A stretch of DNA of 64,000 nucleotides from positions 1 through 64,000 of the IMG/VR virus record IMGVR_UViG_3300035698_006183; one strand, written 5' to 3'. The translations under genes were made by a program, and so were the position numbers. This document shows, piece after piece, positions 39,101-49,200 of this stretch (position 1 is the stretch's first letter; each line of letters starts with the position of its first letter). The stretch comes from a virus. Below the pieces are notes generated by a model that saw only the letters and a program-made list of their open reading frames with translations, ran no database searches and had not been told where the DNA came from.

Positions 39101-41840
39101 CTTCCAACTGGACGGCAGTGTGAATCCGTGGCCTGTACCCTCAGAATCTGCATTAGTGCTAGATACGTCGGGCAAAGGGCAAGTTTTCTGGGGTTCCTTG
39201 AGTTATTTGGCAGCAAATCGTACCAAGTGGTCATTTTTCCGTTATGATGTGGTTCCTGATTTCACTGCTCTGAATGTTCCGACTATCGTTGTGCAGACAG
39301 AGATGGACGTTCTTCCCCAGGATACCCTGGAGAAACCGTGGTTTACTACCCAGTCTTTCGGGACGGGGATGATTGACCAGACAGGAGATGCCCTTCTTCT
39401 GAAATCTGCGGTGGCCAGTGACACATTAGATTATACTTTCGGGTACTCCCGTATTGAACCGTTTGTGAATGAAGATGCTGGGGTTGACATCCGAGCAGAG
39501 TTCCGAGTAGATTCTGGAATCTTGGGAGCTGGTGATGCTGAAGTTGTCATCAACAATGGCACTAAGGAAGTTCGACTGGCAACCATTCTGTATGCCGAAG
39601 GCTATCCTGGATTGGAATACCGTCGGCTTTTTACTATCCCCTCTGTTTCAATGTCAGGGATTCAAGACCCCGACCAGCAGGGATGGTCAATTATATCCGG
39701 CTCTAACGGCTCAGACCTTCGACATGAGTACGACCTGATTGTTACCCAAGGAGCTGGCCAAACACAGCGGTATCGAGCCTCTGTGGACACTTCCAGCTTT
39801 ACCGTGGACTCAGGCTACCGTATTGCCGAAGCTCAGCTTGGAGTGGATGCTTACACGACAGATGCTAACGGAAACACTGGAATCGTGTTCCAGGCTGACA
39901 TTGGCCCGAACAGATGGTTTGGTGCTAGACTGAACGATGATGGGACTCCCAAAATCCAGTTGGTTGACCAGGTAGATTCTGTTATTCATGAGTATGAGTT
40001 CGACTGGACGGATGGGGAAACTCACACGTACCGAATCGTCGGTGCTCTTGGTGTCCTCTCTGTGTTTGTGGATGATGTTCTCATGACCCCGACACTGAAC
40101 ATTGATTTGTTCTTGGGTGGGGCAGGCACAGATACTTTCCTGTTTGGTGCAACAAACCTCATCACAGGTGTGGCCAATACAACATTATCAAGTACTGTTC
40201 GATGGCGTACTGTTTCATATCACCCCACAGCAGCCCCTCAGTGCCTTCGTACCGTAGGTATTTGGAAGGGTGGGGACAAAGACCATATCAACTCCTGGGA
40301 ACTCCCTAGAACGGATAGCTCAACAGCTCCGAACTCTAGTCATGTCGGCCCAGAGATTACCGTGATGGACTGGCGACAGAGCATGGAAGTCCGTCTTCTC
40401 CTGAAGGCTGACTTCGGTGTGACACTGTATCGTCCTGATTTGCCATTACCTCCTTATTACCAGGCAGAATCTGATGTTGTAGGGACAGGATTCATCAACC
40501 AGACGAACGAACCCTCAGCAGGCTGGGTGAATGTTGAATATTCTCAACTGCCTCATGTCTCCTCGATGTTCGGTTTCGTTGGGTTCGGGTCTTTTGATTC
40601 CCGTTCCATAACCCAGCAACGATGGGATTGGGTCAGGTATCGTATTTTCAAAGCCCTGACTGAAGATTATATTGCTCCTCAGCACATGGTTCTCAATCAG
40701 TACAACGTCATCACGAGCGGTGAGCGGACCAGGGACATTACTCTGGAGAATGTCGTCGTCCAAACCATTGATAATCGTCGAGTATCTCTGCTTCCTACTC
40801 ATCTGTATGCCGAGGATATCTACAAAATCGTGGATGGTGACACCATTTACACCAGGGAATCCTGGACATTTGACTCAGATTCCCAGCTCATTACCTTGGG
40901 GCAGGATGCCAACTACGACGATTTGCATTTCTCTGGTGACCATGTGCCGGTCAACATTATCTTCCAGCCAGGTAAACCAGTTACAAACACCTATCTCGAA
41001 AACCAGCCTCTGGCTGACAGCGTGACCAAGTTGAATGAGGGGACACCCCCGATTCCATTGAGCCAAGCTAACGGGATTGATAAAGTAATCACAACTAATG
41101 CAGCAGATACTGGTGATTATAGAACCCTCGACCACGAAGTTGATGCCGAGACCTTGTACGAATCTATGGAATTCATGGAAGTTTCAAATGGTGGCCGTCG
41201 TGGTTTGATAGCAATTGCTGGAGAAGGAACTCTCCCCGAAGGATTCTCGGGATACTCTGAAACAGAAGGAAAAGCAGTTGGTGCTCATGTTTTAGATTTC
41301 CGTGGGACTAAATTCTGGGAAGGAGCACAATTCCCGAAACCTGAAGCCTTTGAACAAGGCGGTGGCCTCCCAGGAACAACCTTGTTCTGTAGTGGTGGTA
41401 ATTATGTTGGCCCCGTTGCCGTGAGTGGAGGAACTCCTTCTATTGGAGCCCCTGAAACTTGGAAAGCTGGCTTGATGGCACCTTTGGGCGGTGTTCTTGG
41501 TCCGGACCCAGAAATGGCAATTCTCCATCCAACGTATTGCTCAGGTGATGTAGTTCGTGGAAATGATGGAGGGAAAATCAATCGGAGCACCGAATGGTAT
41601 TTGCGTATTGGTTATCCTGTTGTCTATCCTGAAGGAGCAGCTTCATATATTTCCACAGACACCCCACTGACTGAGGATATGAACTGGGGGTTAGTAGATA
41701 ACATCCCTCCGAGTGAACCTGCTGGGATAGAACCTAATCCAGATGGTACTCCTAACCCTGATAGTTTAGGAGCCTGTTATGTGAAAATGTGGTGGGCTTC
41801 AAGTGGGGTTGTGATACTTGAGGGTACTATCTATGGTTAA
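36195..41840 (+). CDS. Large (1881 aa) virion structural protein with Gly-aromatic N-terminus, Ig-like and lectin-like (LamG/ConA-type) domains
   Basis: N-terminal GFG/YG..PYG repeats. 'IEIFFTNPI...VASYNL' and 'LVLTFSDPM...DPASYEF' are Ig-like starts. 'DWTDGETHTYRIV...LSVFVDD' is a beta-sandwich pattern. Confidence 0.55.
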   Translation: MTDQNNRTDPTENFRTSSFGFGPFPPPGYVGVLAASPYPDYAGFGGVAWATLPISDPAPIGGAYGLSPYGGVVHPPAPTPLPALPNPGGSGASGGVGFGGDPFGLSPFGVGGGAGGGSTAVSGALSLNGYEIEIFFTNPINTSDPALYQVASYNLTALLGAAPATVLSVRSETLGLEAASSVSSVIITHTGTTLGGSYRVHVSGPGGIINDSVDILTKGDAPTYTVSVLGGEDLVLTFSDPMLEDTGASVGNSGITDPASYEFSSEPDYPITLTPLEITHPYESDLHKVQMTVKGMTSLQYTCNITPSEAFDYEALVLPDVDPTLTGVEINPDQGESYVDGGYLWMSKLRFRVYGWKFLDDSGRVVPDVTTFRGSLTFDAASATYNPPLNAFTSLTVASLIFEDGPAGTGVRVKVGLTRQTGIDYLRVQCGTFDSSVQQTWTSGENAIALVRNLKAGTYSVLLNGLPVLTALIADFDGVSEGTGAGISCVLVADGFDVSGFKVQETTFSATSTVYSGSWNFLHDTESTPFTGSDALTRDHIMTQRGPVVKGWGDATPATKQDVEVLIAGTAVGVKDVNPYIGEIWPTYPIPLLPYDDPQADVKLNYYWMASPIMEMAGLNTPGLVLNQWDRQDGHTSPAAHGQPPTHPSHIDTQPAQVIPFEDDEVAIRFPMGTVLGPMDRPKPLQIGHRYMGFEKETSALLNDPTSLLLNQNPYATAVDDFEREMTGESIAYEGTETPLVASPAWLLEGQDAGWVDVGEGTYTLIDALPAEFEPDLRTVTMYHREVDLTFPAATTLATRFIVEDYTLEGVFTGVGFGIHDNDHLYQVGLLVINNIRHLGMLIDPKKPEYRESWHLGPTAASSVLNSKAISIVSDLVPIDFQSGMQFQIFDHAQAGVYTATSVIHQCDGSTTVTIAEEFPADPTMWKQDNPEVVFEVRWDEHPLTYRFVADLDNEAASLEIAGEISATVFQLDGSVNPWPVPSESALVLDTSGKGQVFWGSLSYLAANRTKWSFFRYDVVPDFTALNVPTIVVQTEMDVLPQDTLEKPWFTTQSFGTGMIDQTGDALLLKSAVASDTLDYTFGYSRIEPFVNEDAGVDIRAEFRVDSGILGAGDAEVVINNGTKEVRLATILYAEGYPGLEYRRLFTIPSVSMSGIQDPDQQGWSIISGSNGSDLRHEYDLIVTQGAGQTQRYRASVDTSSFTVDSGYRIAEAQLGVDAYTTDANGNTGIVFQADIGPNRWFGARLNDDGTPKIQLVDQVDSVIHEYEFDWTDGETHTYRIVGALGVLSVFVDDVLMTPTLNIDLFLGGAGTDTFLFGATNLITGVANTTLSSTVRWRTVSYHPTAAPQCLRTVGIWKGGDKDHINSWELPRTDSSTAPNSSHVGPEITVMDWRQSMEVRLLLKADFGVTLYRPDLPLPPYYQAESDVVGTGFINQTNEPSAGWVNVEYSQLPHVSSMFGFVGFGSFDSRSITQQRWDWVRYRIFKALTEDYIAPQHMVLNQYNVITSGERTRDITLENVVVQTIDNRRVSLLPTHLYAEDIYKIVDGDTIYTRESWTFDSDSQLITLGQDANYDDLHFSGDHVPVNIIFQPGKPVTNTYLENQPLADSVTKLNEGTPPIPLSQANGIDKVITTNAADTGDYRTLDHEVDAETLYESMEFMEVSNGGRRGLIAIAGEGTLPEGFSGYSETEGKAVGAHVLDFRGTKFWEGAQFPKPEAFEQGGGLPGTTLFCSGGNYVGPVAVSGGTPSIGAPETWKAGLMAPLGGVLGPDPEMAILHPTYCSGDVVRGNDGGKINRSTEWYLRIGYPVVYPEGAASYISTDTPLTEDMNWGLVDNIPPSEPAGIEPNPDGTPNPDSLGACYVKMWWASSGVVILEGTIYG

Positions 41841-41857
41841 GAACGAGAACAAACACA

Positions 41858-41887
41858 CGATAATATGGTTATTAAAAGCCTTGTTAG
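41858..41887 (+). promoter_or_regulatory. Intergenic motif copy 3 (putative phage late promoter)
   Basis: CGAT-AATATGG-TTAT-TAAAAGCCTTG-TTAG, whose end runs into the AGGAG RBS of the next gene. Confidence 0.4.
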
Positions 41888-41897
41888 GAGAACACTT

Positions 41898-42557
41898 ATG
41901 TTGCATAAAGAACAGATGAATAAAAACACTCAGGCAATGAAATCCATGATGCAATCTCACTACGAGGAAGCAACTCGGCTTATGAGTATGGCCAAAGGGT
42001 CTTTCCACTTGAAAATGTGGGATGCCAAGACAGGTGAAATTCTAGCTGAATGGGAAAAACCTAATGTTTTGACATTAGATTCAGGTATCCTTGCAGCTCG
42101 GTTATTCAAAAACAGTCAAGACCCTTTTGCAGGGGTGAATAATGGAATCAACATGTTGGCCATTGGGACTGGAGCTACGGGTAATATTCTGAACCCTGAT
42201 GCTCCACAGCAAGAACAACGTAGGCTTAATAACGAAATCCAACGGAAAGCATTCTCGTCATCTCAATTCAGGACGACTGAGGGTGTGGCTGTAGCTTACC
42301 CGACAAACATTGTTGATTTCACCACGGTTTACGGTGAGGCTGAGGCAGTTGGGCCATTGAACGAGATGGCTTTAATGCACACTTACTCTCAGAACCCTGC
42401 CACAAAGAATTTAATTCCGGCTGAGTATGAGGGTGTAAACTATGACCCTTCATTCGATGTCACCAATTATGACATGATGGGTAACTACTTGACATTCAGT
42501 GTGATTTCGAAGCCATCAACGGCCATCTTGTCGATAACGTGGCGGTTGACATTTTGA
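41898..42557 (+). CDS. Tail collar / fibre-attachment protein (DUF3751-like standalone domain)
   Basis: 'NVLTLDSG...MLAIGTG...LNNEIQRK...VDFTTVYGEAEAVGPLNEMAL...LTFSVISK...LSITWRLTF' is the tail-collar fibre domain pattern. Start moved to ATG 41898, after AGGAG. Confidence 0.7.
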   Translation: MLHKEQMNKNTQAMKSMMQSHYEEATRLMSMAKGSFHLKMWDAKTGEILAEWEKPNVLTLDSGILAARLFKNSQDPFAGVNNGINMLAIGTGATGNILNPDAPQQEQRRLNNEIQRKAFSSSQFRTTEGVAVAYPTNIVDFTTVYGEAEAVGPLNEMALMHTYSQNPATKNLIPAEYEGVNYDPSFDVTNYDMMGNYLTFSVISKPSTAILSITWRLTF

Positions 42558-42593
42558 TTTGCCATGTAAATAACAACCGACAGAAGGTGAGAT

Positions 42594-45500
42594 ATGGCGA
42601 CCAAAGACTATAAAAAGAATTATTCTGGGATTCAAGAGGCTGGGAGTTCTGTTCCTGTTCCTAATGAGGTTTCTCGGGATTTAAGTGCTGGTGACAAAGC
42701 CTTTGAATCAATCATCTGGGAAACGGGTAAACCCGTTCTGGATTCTGAACTTGCAGTCCATCAGGACGCAATCAAATGGGAAAACCGATTGTATCGGGGA
42801 CAACATTTGAATTCAGGTTGGTTCAGGGGGATTTCACGAGTTGATGGGTACGACGATTACGGAACTGAAACAGATTCCGTAGTTGTGGATAACTCAGATG
42901 CCGACTTGATTGACGGTGACATCCTGGTGAACTCTTTCGTGATGAATAAGATGACGGCTCTGGTAGCCGGACGTACTGTAGTGATCGAATATACGAACAC
43001 CGAAACTCCAAACCGAAACTTGATTCAATTACCAGAACCTCCTATTTTTGCTCCAGACACACCTCAGAAGACCGACTTTGTTTGGCTTGAAGTCTGGTTG
43101 GCCTTGGTAGCCCCGAGTCCTCGTGCAGCAGGAGCTGTTCAAGTGGCCAGTATTCCTTCAGTAGGAGATACTATCACCATCAATAGTGTCGCTCTGGCTG
43201 GTGTTGCTGCTGCTCCCGTAGCAGGAGAGTTCCTCATCGGTGCAGATGAAGAAACCACAGCCGTCAATATTGTGGCAGCTATCAACGACCCTTTAAATGC
43301 AACGTCAAGTTACGTTGTAGCCCGAGTAAATGTAAACTTTGTCGTCATCGAGTCCATAGTGGCTGGTGAAGGCCAAGGTGCTGTAGTTCCTTATACTGGT
43401 AATTTCATTACCTTAGCTTCTACTGCTCCTGCTTTAGTAGCTTCAGGGATGACATTGCAAGACGGCCAAGATAGGCCAAACAAACCAGAAGAAGACCAAA
43501 GCAAGTTGTTCAGACATGGGAACGTACAATCTCCTGAGAACACCTGGCTTGATGATGAAATTATAGACCCCGTAGTGAATTCGGAATCCTCTCAACGTGT
43601 TCAATTACAATATCGTTTCCGATACACGGACTCTGAGGCAATCAATTACAAGACTCACCCTGATGGGTTCTCAAATTCAACGGCAGGAGCTGGTGCTCCC
43701 TTAGTTATTGCCCAAGGTGCTCGACAAACTCCAGCTTTGAATGTAGACGGCACTCGAACATATCCGTTCGTCCCAGCCGACACTGAATCTACCTGGCTGG
43801 AGTCTAGTGCTATTGCCTATGCTCTTAAAGATAATGGCTTGTGGGTTGCAGGCTCTGGTGATGACCAGTCTGTAAAAGACCTCGGAACCATTGATGGCTA
43901 TGTATATGCAATTCCTCTATGTTTTGTATTCCGTCACAGTAACGTATCGTTCACTGGGATGCCTTTCGGGTTTGACCCATTAAACAATGCCAATGGTGCT
44001 CCGATGCACGACCACAGTGGCTATGACGGCCCTCTGGGAGCAATCCCTGCTGACCATTCTGACCGTCCTGACGGTGAGTTTGCCGATGTAGTGACTCTGG
44101 ATAACATGCTGGACTTGAGAAGGTCCATTGTTTCTCCAGGGATTAGCCTGACGAGTGAGCTTCAATACCAAATGCAATCCCTTCTTGATGCCAATAATCA
44201 GACATGGGCTGTAAGTTCTCATGACAAACATGGTTATGGTGGCAGTGTGAACGGAGATGTTTCGACTCGGTTCCTTATCTGTAATGCCATTGGGAGAGAC
44301 ACAGTGGCAGATGGAATGCACATTCGTGATTTTGATCATGTAGCCCGACGATTCGGAAGTAACCCTGTTGTCGAGCGTGTTGTGTATGCTTTCTGGCCAG
44401 GTGATAGAGAAACGGCTGGAGAAGTAGCCCCAGGTCTTGTGAATTCTGGTAAATATATTGATAAATCAATAGGTTCCACAGGTGGTGTTTGGACAGAGAC
44501 AGATGTTCTTCATCTTGATTTGGCTGAGCTGGACACTCATGGATTAGGTTCTCTATTCCAAGGGGGCACTAACGGATTATCTTTACCTGGAACACCTCAA
44601 CCTTTTATTGATAAAGCACCTCCAGGTACAACCATAACAGATGTACTGTCCATCTATCATGATGATGGCCATTATGACAACGACACAGACCATCAGGAAG
44701 TCGAGGCTTCCTTAATCAAGGGATTGGGGACAGGTCATCTTGAAATCACTCTGGATGCCAATGGGACACTCGTAACGGGTGGTCTTGATACAGCTCCTGG
44801 TGGTGAGTACCCGATGGTAGATAGTGCAACACCTCCGGCTGACGGTTCGATGCGGAGAATATTCGTTGAGGTTGAAATCAGCTACCCGATAGGTGACGAT
44901 GCTTATCATGGCCTGACAGACACTCCTTTGTTGGATTTGGCTGAACCTGATGCAATAGTGTATGACGGAACTTTGATAAATCCTGTGGTAGGTGAAGATT
45001 ACTTAGCTGGCCCAGGAAGTGCTGTAGCCGTAGATGAAGACCAATCACCTGGGGACATGGCTTCAAAAAACCCTCCAGCTTTCAGAGAAGGTTTCCGAGA
45101 GGTTCGTTTGGACTATGTGACGGACTCAACACAATCAGAATTACTCCCTAACCCAGACCCTGTGACCGATGGTACAAGTATTGGCCCATTATGGGGACTT
45201 GTTAGCCGAGGACCCGAAGAAATCCGAACACCTCGCCGTCTGTACGGCATACCATTTAGTGCTGGTGGTGGATTCCCAGTGATTGAAGATGTCCCTGCTG
45301 CTGTTGCAGTAGACCCAGACTTTGACCTGACAGAATATGGTAGTAGCTCTCGTAAAATCGTCATGGATGATGTTCTCTCAGGAGCTGGTAAAACACTTTG
45401 CAATGTCACGTATGAACCTCAAGACCCCATTCCTAACTACGGGGATAGTGGTTATACTGTGATGGTTTATTATAGAGCAGCAGCTCCACAGACTGCCGGT

Positions 45501-46199
45501 GTTATCGAGGGAGATTTCAAAACTTCCGTAAGTAGTGGTGGAACAGTTCCAACAGAGCTGAGAATTGAACCTCTGGCCATCAGTCCTCATACTTGGACTG
45601 GTCAAGTAGGCATGGGTTCGACGGATGCAGCTTTCCCATATGCTTCTCCTTTAGACCAGCTTCCTCTTTTGGAAGGTATCCCAGGCACAGAGCATAATCA
45701 GGATTGGTTCTTCTGTGCCTCAGCTACTGTCACGATTGACGATTTCAATGCTGACACTGGAATGCTGACGTTACAATCAATGGTACAAGCCGACCAGCAG
45801 CCTGAGTGGGTGTTGGGAGGATTAGATAACTATGCTTCCCCCAGACCAGATGCTGAGTTCAGGGCAATGTATCCATATGTTGAAGGCTTGAATGGGTACC
45901 GTCCTACGGTAATAGCTCAGCCTTTATTTGGGTCAACCCGACACAAAGTATTCGTCCCAGTCCTGGCTCGTATAAAAGAAACCGTACCTGGAGCTACAGG
46001 AGGTATATTATACAGACAGGATGAGTTAGTTCTTGTAGTGTTGACACGATTTGCGGAACTGGATGAAGATAACAACCTCCAATTTATTGGTGGCTTATCC
46101 AGTGAAGGTAATGAAGGTTTAGAGAATGCTGAGAATAACAGAACCTGTGCTGCTGTATATAGAACTCGCAACTTACTTTTAGCTGTGGGTGGAAGATAA
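42594..46199 (+). CDS. Tail fibre / baseplate-attached appendage protein, paralog A (DUF4815/DUF6519-like N-terminus)
   Basis: 'VSRDL...FESIIWETGKPVLDSEL', 'DFVWLEVW', 'IDGYVYAIPLCFVFR' and 'RPDGEFADVV...MLDLRR' are collinear with 57312..63734. Confidence 0.6.
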   Translation: MATKDYKKNYSGIQEAGSSVPVPNEVSRDLSAGDKAFESIIWETGKPVLDSELAVHQDAIKWENRLYRGQHLNSGWFRGISRVDGYDDYGTETDSVVVDNSDADLIDGDILVNSFVMNKMTALVAGRTVVIEYTNTETPNRNLIQLPEPPIFAPDTPQKTDFVWLEVWLALVAPSPRAAGAVQVASIPSVGDTITINSVALAGVAAAPVAGEFLIGADEETTAVNIVAAINDPLNATSSYVVARVNVNFVVIESIVAGEGQGAVVPYTGNFITLASTAPALVASGMTLQDGQDRPNKPEEDQSKLFRHGNVQSPENTWLDDEIIDPVVNSESSQRVQLQYRFRYTDSEAINYKTHPDGFSNSTAGAGAPLVIAQGARQTPALNVDGTRTYPFVPADTESTWLESSAIAYALKDNGLWVAGSGDDQSVKDLGTIDGYVYAIPLCFVFRHSNVSFTGMPFGFDPLNNANGAPMHDHSGYDGPLGAIPADHSDRPDGEFADVVTLDNMLDLRRSIVSPGISLTSELQYQMQSLLDANNQTWAVSSHDKHGYGGSVNGDVSTRFLICNAIGRDTVADGMHIRDFDHVARRFGSNPVVERVVYAFWPGDRETAGEVAPGLVNSGKYIDKSIGSTGGVWTETDVLHLDLAELDTHGLGSLFQGGTNGLSLPGTPQPFIDKAPPGTTITDVLSIYHDDGHYDNDTDHQEVEASLIKGLGTGHLEITLDANGTLVTGGLDTAPGGEYPMVDSATPPADGSMRRIFVEVEISYPIGDDAYHGLTDTPLLDLAEPDAIVYDGTLINPVVGEDYLAGPGSAVAVDEDQSPGDMASKNPPAFREGFREVRLDYVTDSTQSELLPNPDPVTDGTSIGPLWGLVSRGPEEIRTPRRLYGIPFSAGGGFPVIEDVPAAVAVDPDFDLTEYGSSSRKIVMDDVLSGAGKTLCNVTYEPQDPIPNYGDSGYTVMVYYRAAAPQTAGVIEGDFKTSVSSGGTVPTELRIEPLAISPHTWTGQVGMGSTDAAFPYASPLDQLPLLEGIPGTEHNQDWFFCASATVTIDDFNADTGMLTLQSMVQADQQPEWVLGGLDNYASPRPDAEFRAMYPYVEGLNGYRPTVIAQPLFGSTRHKVFVPVLARIKETVPGATGGILYRQDELVLVVLTRFAELDEDNNLQFIGGLSSEGNEGLENAENNRTCAAVYRTRNLLLAVGGR

Positions 46200-46209
46200 G
46201 GAGATTGGG

Positions 46210-49200
46210 ATGCCGAGGAATCTGAACCCAAAAAATATTAAGATTGGCCCGGGTCAAACAGTTCCTGACCGAGGAGCTGATGCTGGTCTTGTAAATGGTG
46301 CTGTGACAGGTGGTGGTGGAGCTGGTGGGGATGCTAATTTAGTTCTGGCAGCCTTGAAAGCTCATATCCTTGACCCTAAGAATGCTCATGATTCATCAGC
46401 TATATCAGTAAATCCAATACCTCCGTTAGTCTCTGACGATGTTGAAGATGTTTTAGAGGATGTTGTAGGCGGTATGCCTTATGAGCCCCCGATGCTCGGT
46501 AAATCTACTCGGTATGTTGATTTCCATAGTGTTCCTGATTGGGGTTCTATCAAGTTGAATGATACTCCTATCTTCCTTAGAGATAGTGATTTTGATGGGT
46601 TGGTAAATACAAATGATTTCGGGGATGTCTATCCTTATTTCCATAGACCTCCTTTCTTGAATATTGACACCTCGTTAATGAATTACAATGAAGATTTCGA
46701 TAGTAACCAGCAGTATTCTCCTGGCTTTATACCTTCGAATCCTCATGTCACACCTGAATTTGATGGGCAGGTACAGAATAAAAAATATGACCTGAGAGAA
46801 CACGGGACGATGTTTCCTAATGGTGGGGATGTTTTTGCAGACCGTGTTTTCAATTACCCTGATGTGTTGGGTGTTGATAACACCTGGGACATGAAATCTG
46901 GTGGTACAGGCCGTTGTTATGCTGGTGGATTTACTCGGGCTGATGACAAGGTACAGAAAACTTTAAGGCTTATGGCCAATGAGATTGCTGGCCCGTGGCC
47001 CATGTTGGTGACAATATCAGGTTCCATCTACCCTGCTGATAGAGGTGTAATAGCATTATTACATTTTCCTCATATTCCTGAACCTACCTCTACAGAACCC
47101 TGGTCAGATGAACGACGAGATGCTTTCCTTGGTCAAGATATAACAGACCGTTGTATTGCAGCTTTGTTATTGGGGCAGGGTGTGTTAGGTGATGCTTGCA
47201 TTGAATCCTTCGGGCAGGCTTCGATAGGTGCTCCTTATCCTCCTGCTTGTGATGGTGGCCCCGGAGGTATTTTTGGGGTTGGTGTTGACAGTGAGGGTGA
47301 TTATGACCCCTTCACATATCCAGGCCGAGCAGGGGGCCAATACGACCTTGAAGAACTGCATACAGGAACCTCTGTTATCTCAGGTATAGGTACTCTTCCT
47401 CACCCGTGGGGCAATTTGACTGACCAGGGAGCAGGAGCTGGTTCTAAACGAGCACATTATCAAATCCCTGGAGATGATTTCTATCCTGCAGCAGGTCAGG
47501 TCCGACTCGGTTCAGACCCTGATGCTGGTGATGTTCTAGCTTGGGGTATTCCAATACTCGGTGGAACTGTCGAGGCTTATATGGATGCCGTGTCTATTCC
47601 CAATTACACGGATTACCCAAATATCCCTTACATAGGGCAATCAGCTATCCACGACACAAATTTCTTTAAGTATCGTTTGCCAGTACTTGATGACTATTCA
47701 AACACTTCGGGGTTGAAACACACACCTCAAAGTAGCACTACTCCAACAGTTGGGGAAAGTCACAGGTATTTCAGAGCTCCTGATACAAGTAGTCCTTCAG
47801 AGAATCCTTATGACTGGGGTGCAACATCCGTTACTTTTGAAGTAGCTGGTAACTACCCTCCGTTCCAACAGGACTGCACAACCTGGCAGATTGCTCGATA
47901 CCGACATACCTTTGCTATGGAAGGCAGTCAGAACTTAGGTTCTTATGCCATATTCCATTTTAAATCGGAACGAGATTTCGAGGCATTGATGATAGATGGT
48001 GTTATACCTGATGATTTGTATGGGATTCATTTCCTAACAGACCAGTCCAACGTGGTTAATGAAAATATCACTGTAACGGATGACCCTGAATACAATGGGC
48101 CTATTCCAGGATTTGGATATGAAGCCACATTTTATAATGGTTTAAGGGATGAGGTTTTCGTCAGTGGTTCTGTAGACGACCATGTGGTAGACCGTGGTGA
48201 CATTGTTACTAATACTTTTGACTGGGAGGTTCCAGTTTTAGCTTCCGACCCTGGGATTATGTGGGTGTCGGGTGTAGCTTATTACACAGCTAAGAAGTTC
48301 TTAGGCGGTGGTGATTCATTCAAACTTACTGAGGTTGCTACTGAGGTATCCAATGCATGGGACAAATGCTATAGAACGGATGATATTCCAGGTGATGGTT
48401 TATCGGGGATAACTCCGCCTGCTCTGGAAAACAGTCCCAACCCAGCATTTATGAATTTGAAGTGTTTCGGTAATAATGTTGAAAGTGATTTACCTGGTTC
48501 TTATCCAGGTGCTTGGTATCGTCAAAATCAATATGCTGTTGAATTCCCATTCAACACATTAGGTTCTAATGGATTTGGGGATTTTAGCTGGGATAATGGT
48601 CCCGCAAACAGTGATTCTTTATCTATTGCTATTGTAGACGATGTTATTCTATCCGGTGATGAAGATGAACCTTCTTTCTCATCAAATGCCCAACCCTGGT
48701 TTGGTATCCGTCGGCCATTAACTCATGGTGGTGACTGGGAAGGTGTTATACAACCAGCTTGGGACCTTACAAATGGTCATGGCTTTGCATTAGAGAATTC
48801 AGAGATAGTCTTACTCCATACTACAAGTGTGTGGGTAGATGACCCTGATGGTAGTGGTTTCGATGGTTCCTATGGTAATTTCGTGAAAGCCTCAGCTATA
48901 AGTACTGTATATCTTAGTCATTACACTGCATTTAGTAATTTATTAACCGCAGAAAAAGATGTCAGTGAAAGATTCCTGGATGAGATTTACCGTTATCGTA
49001 ATCGGTATAGTAACAACAACCATCCAATTGATTCAGAAGCTCTAAATTCTTTGGTTGGCCCCGGAATAGGCACCTGGCATGGTGGCCCCGTTCCAATACC
49101 TACCAGAGCAGGACAATATTATTCTGCAGCAGAATTCCCTGAACCTTGGACGACTTATGAAGATATTGATGGCTATCCCACTGTTGTGTGGATCAGTAAT

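Noticed and set aside
10926-46209. ORF-track start codons at 10926, 28454, 31990, 41865 and 46189
   Set aside because: Slightly downstream ATGs have stop-start coupling or a properly spaced RBS (10965, 28475, 31993, 41898, 46210).
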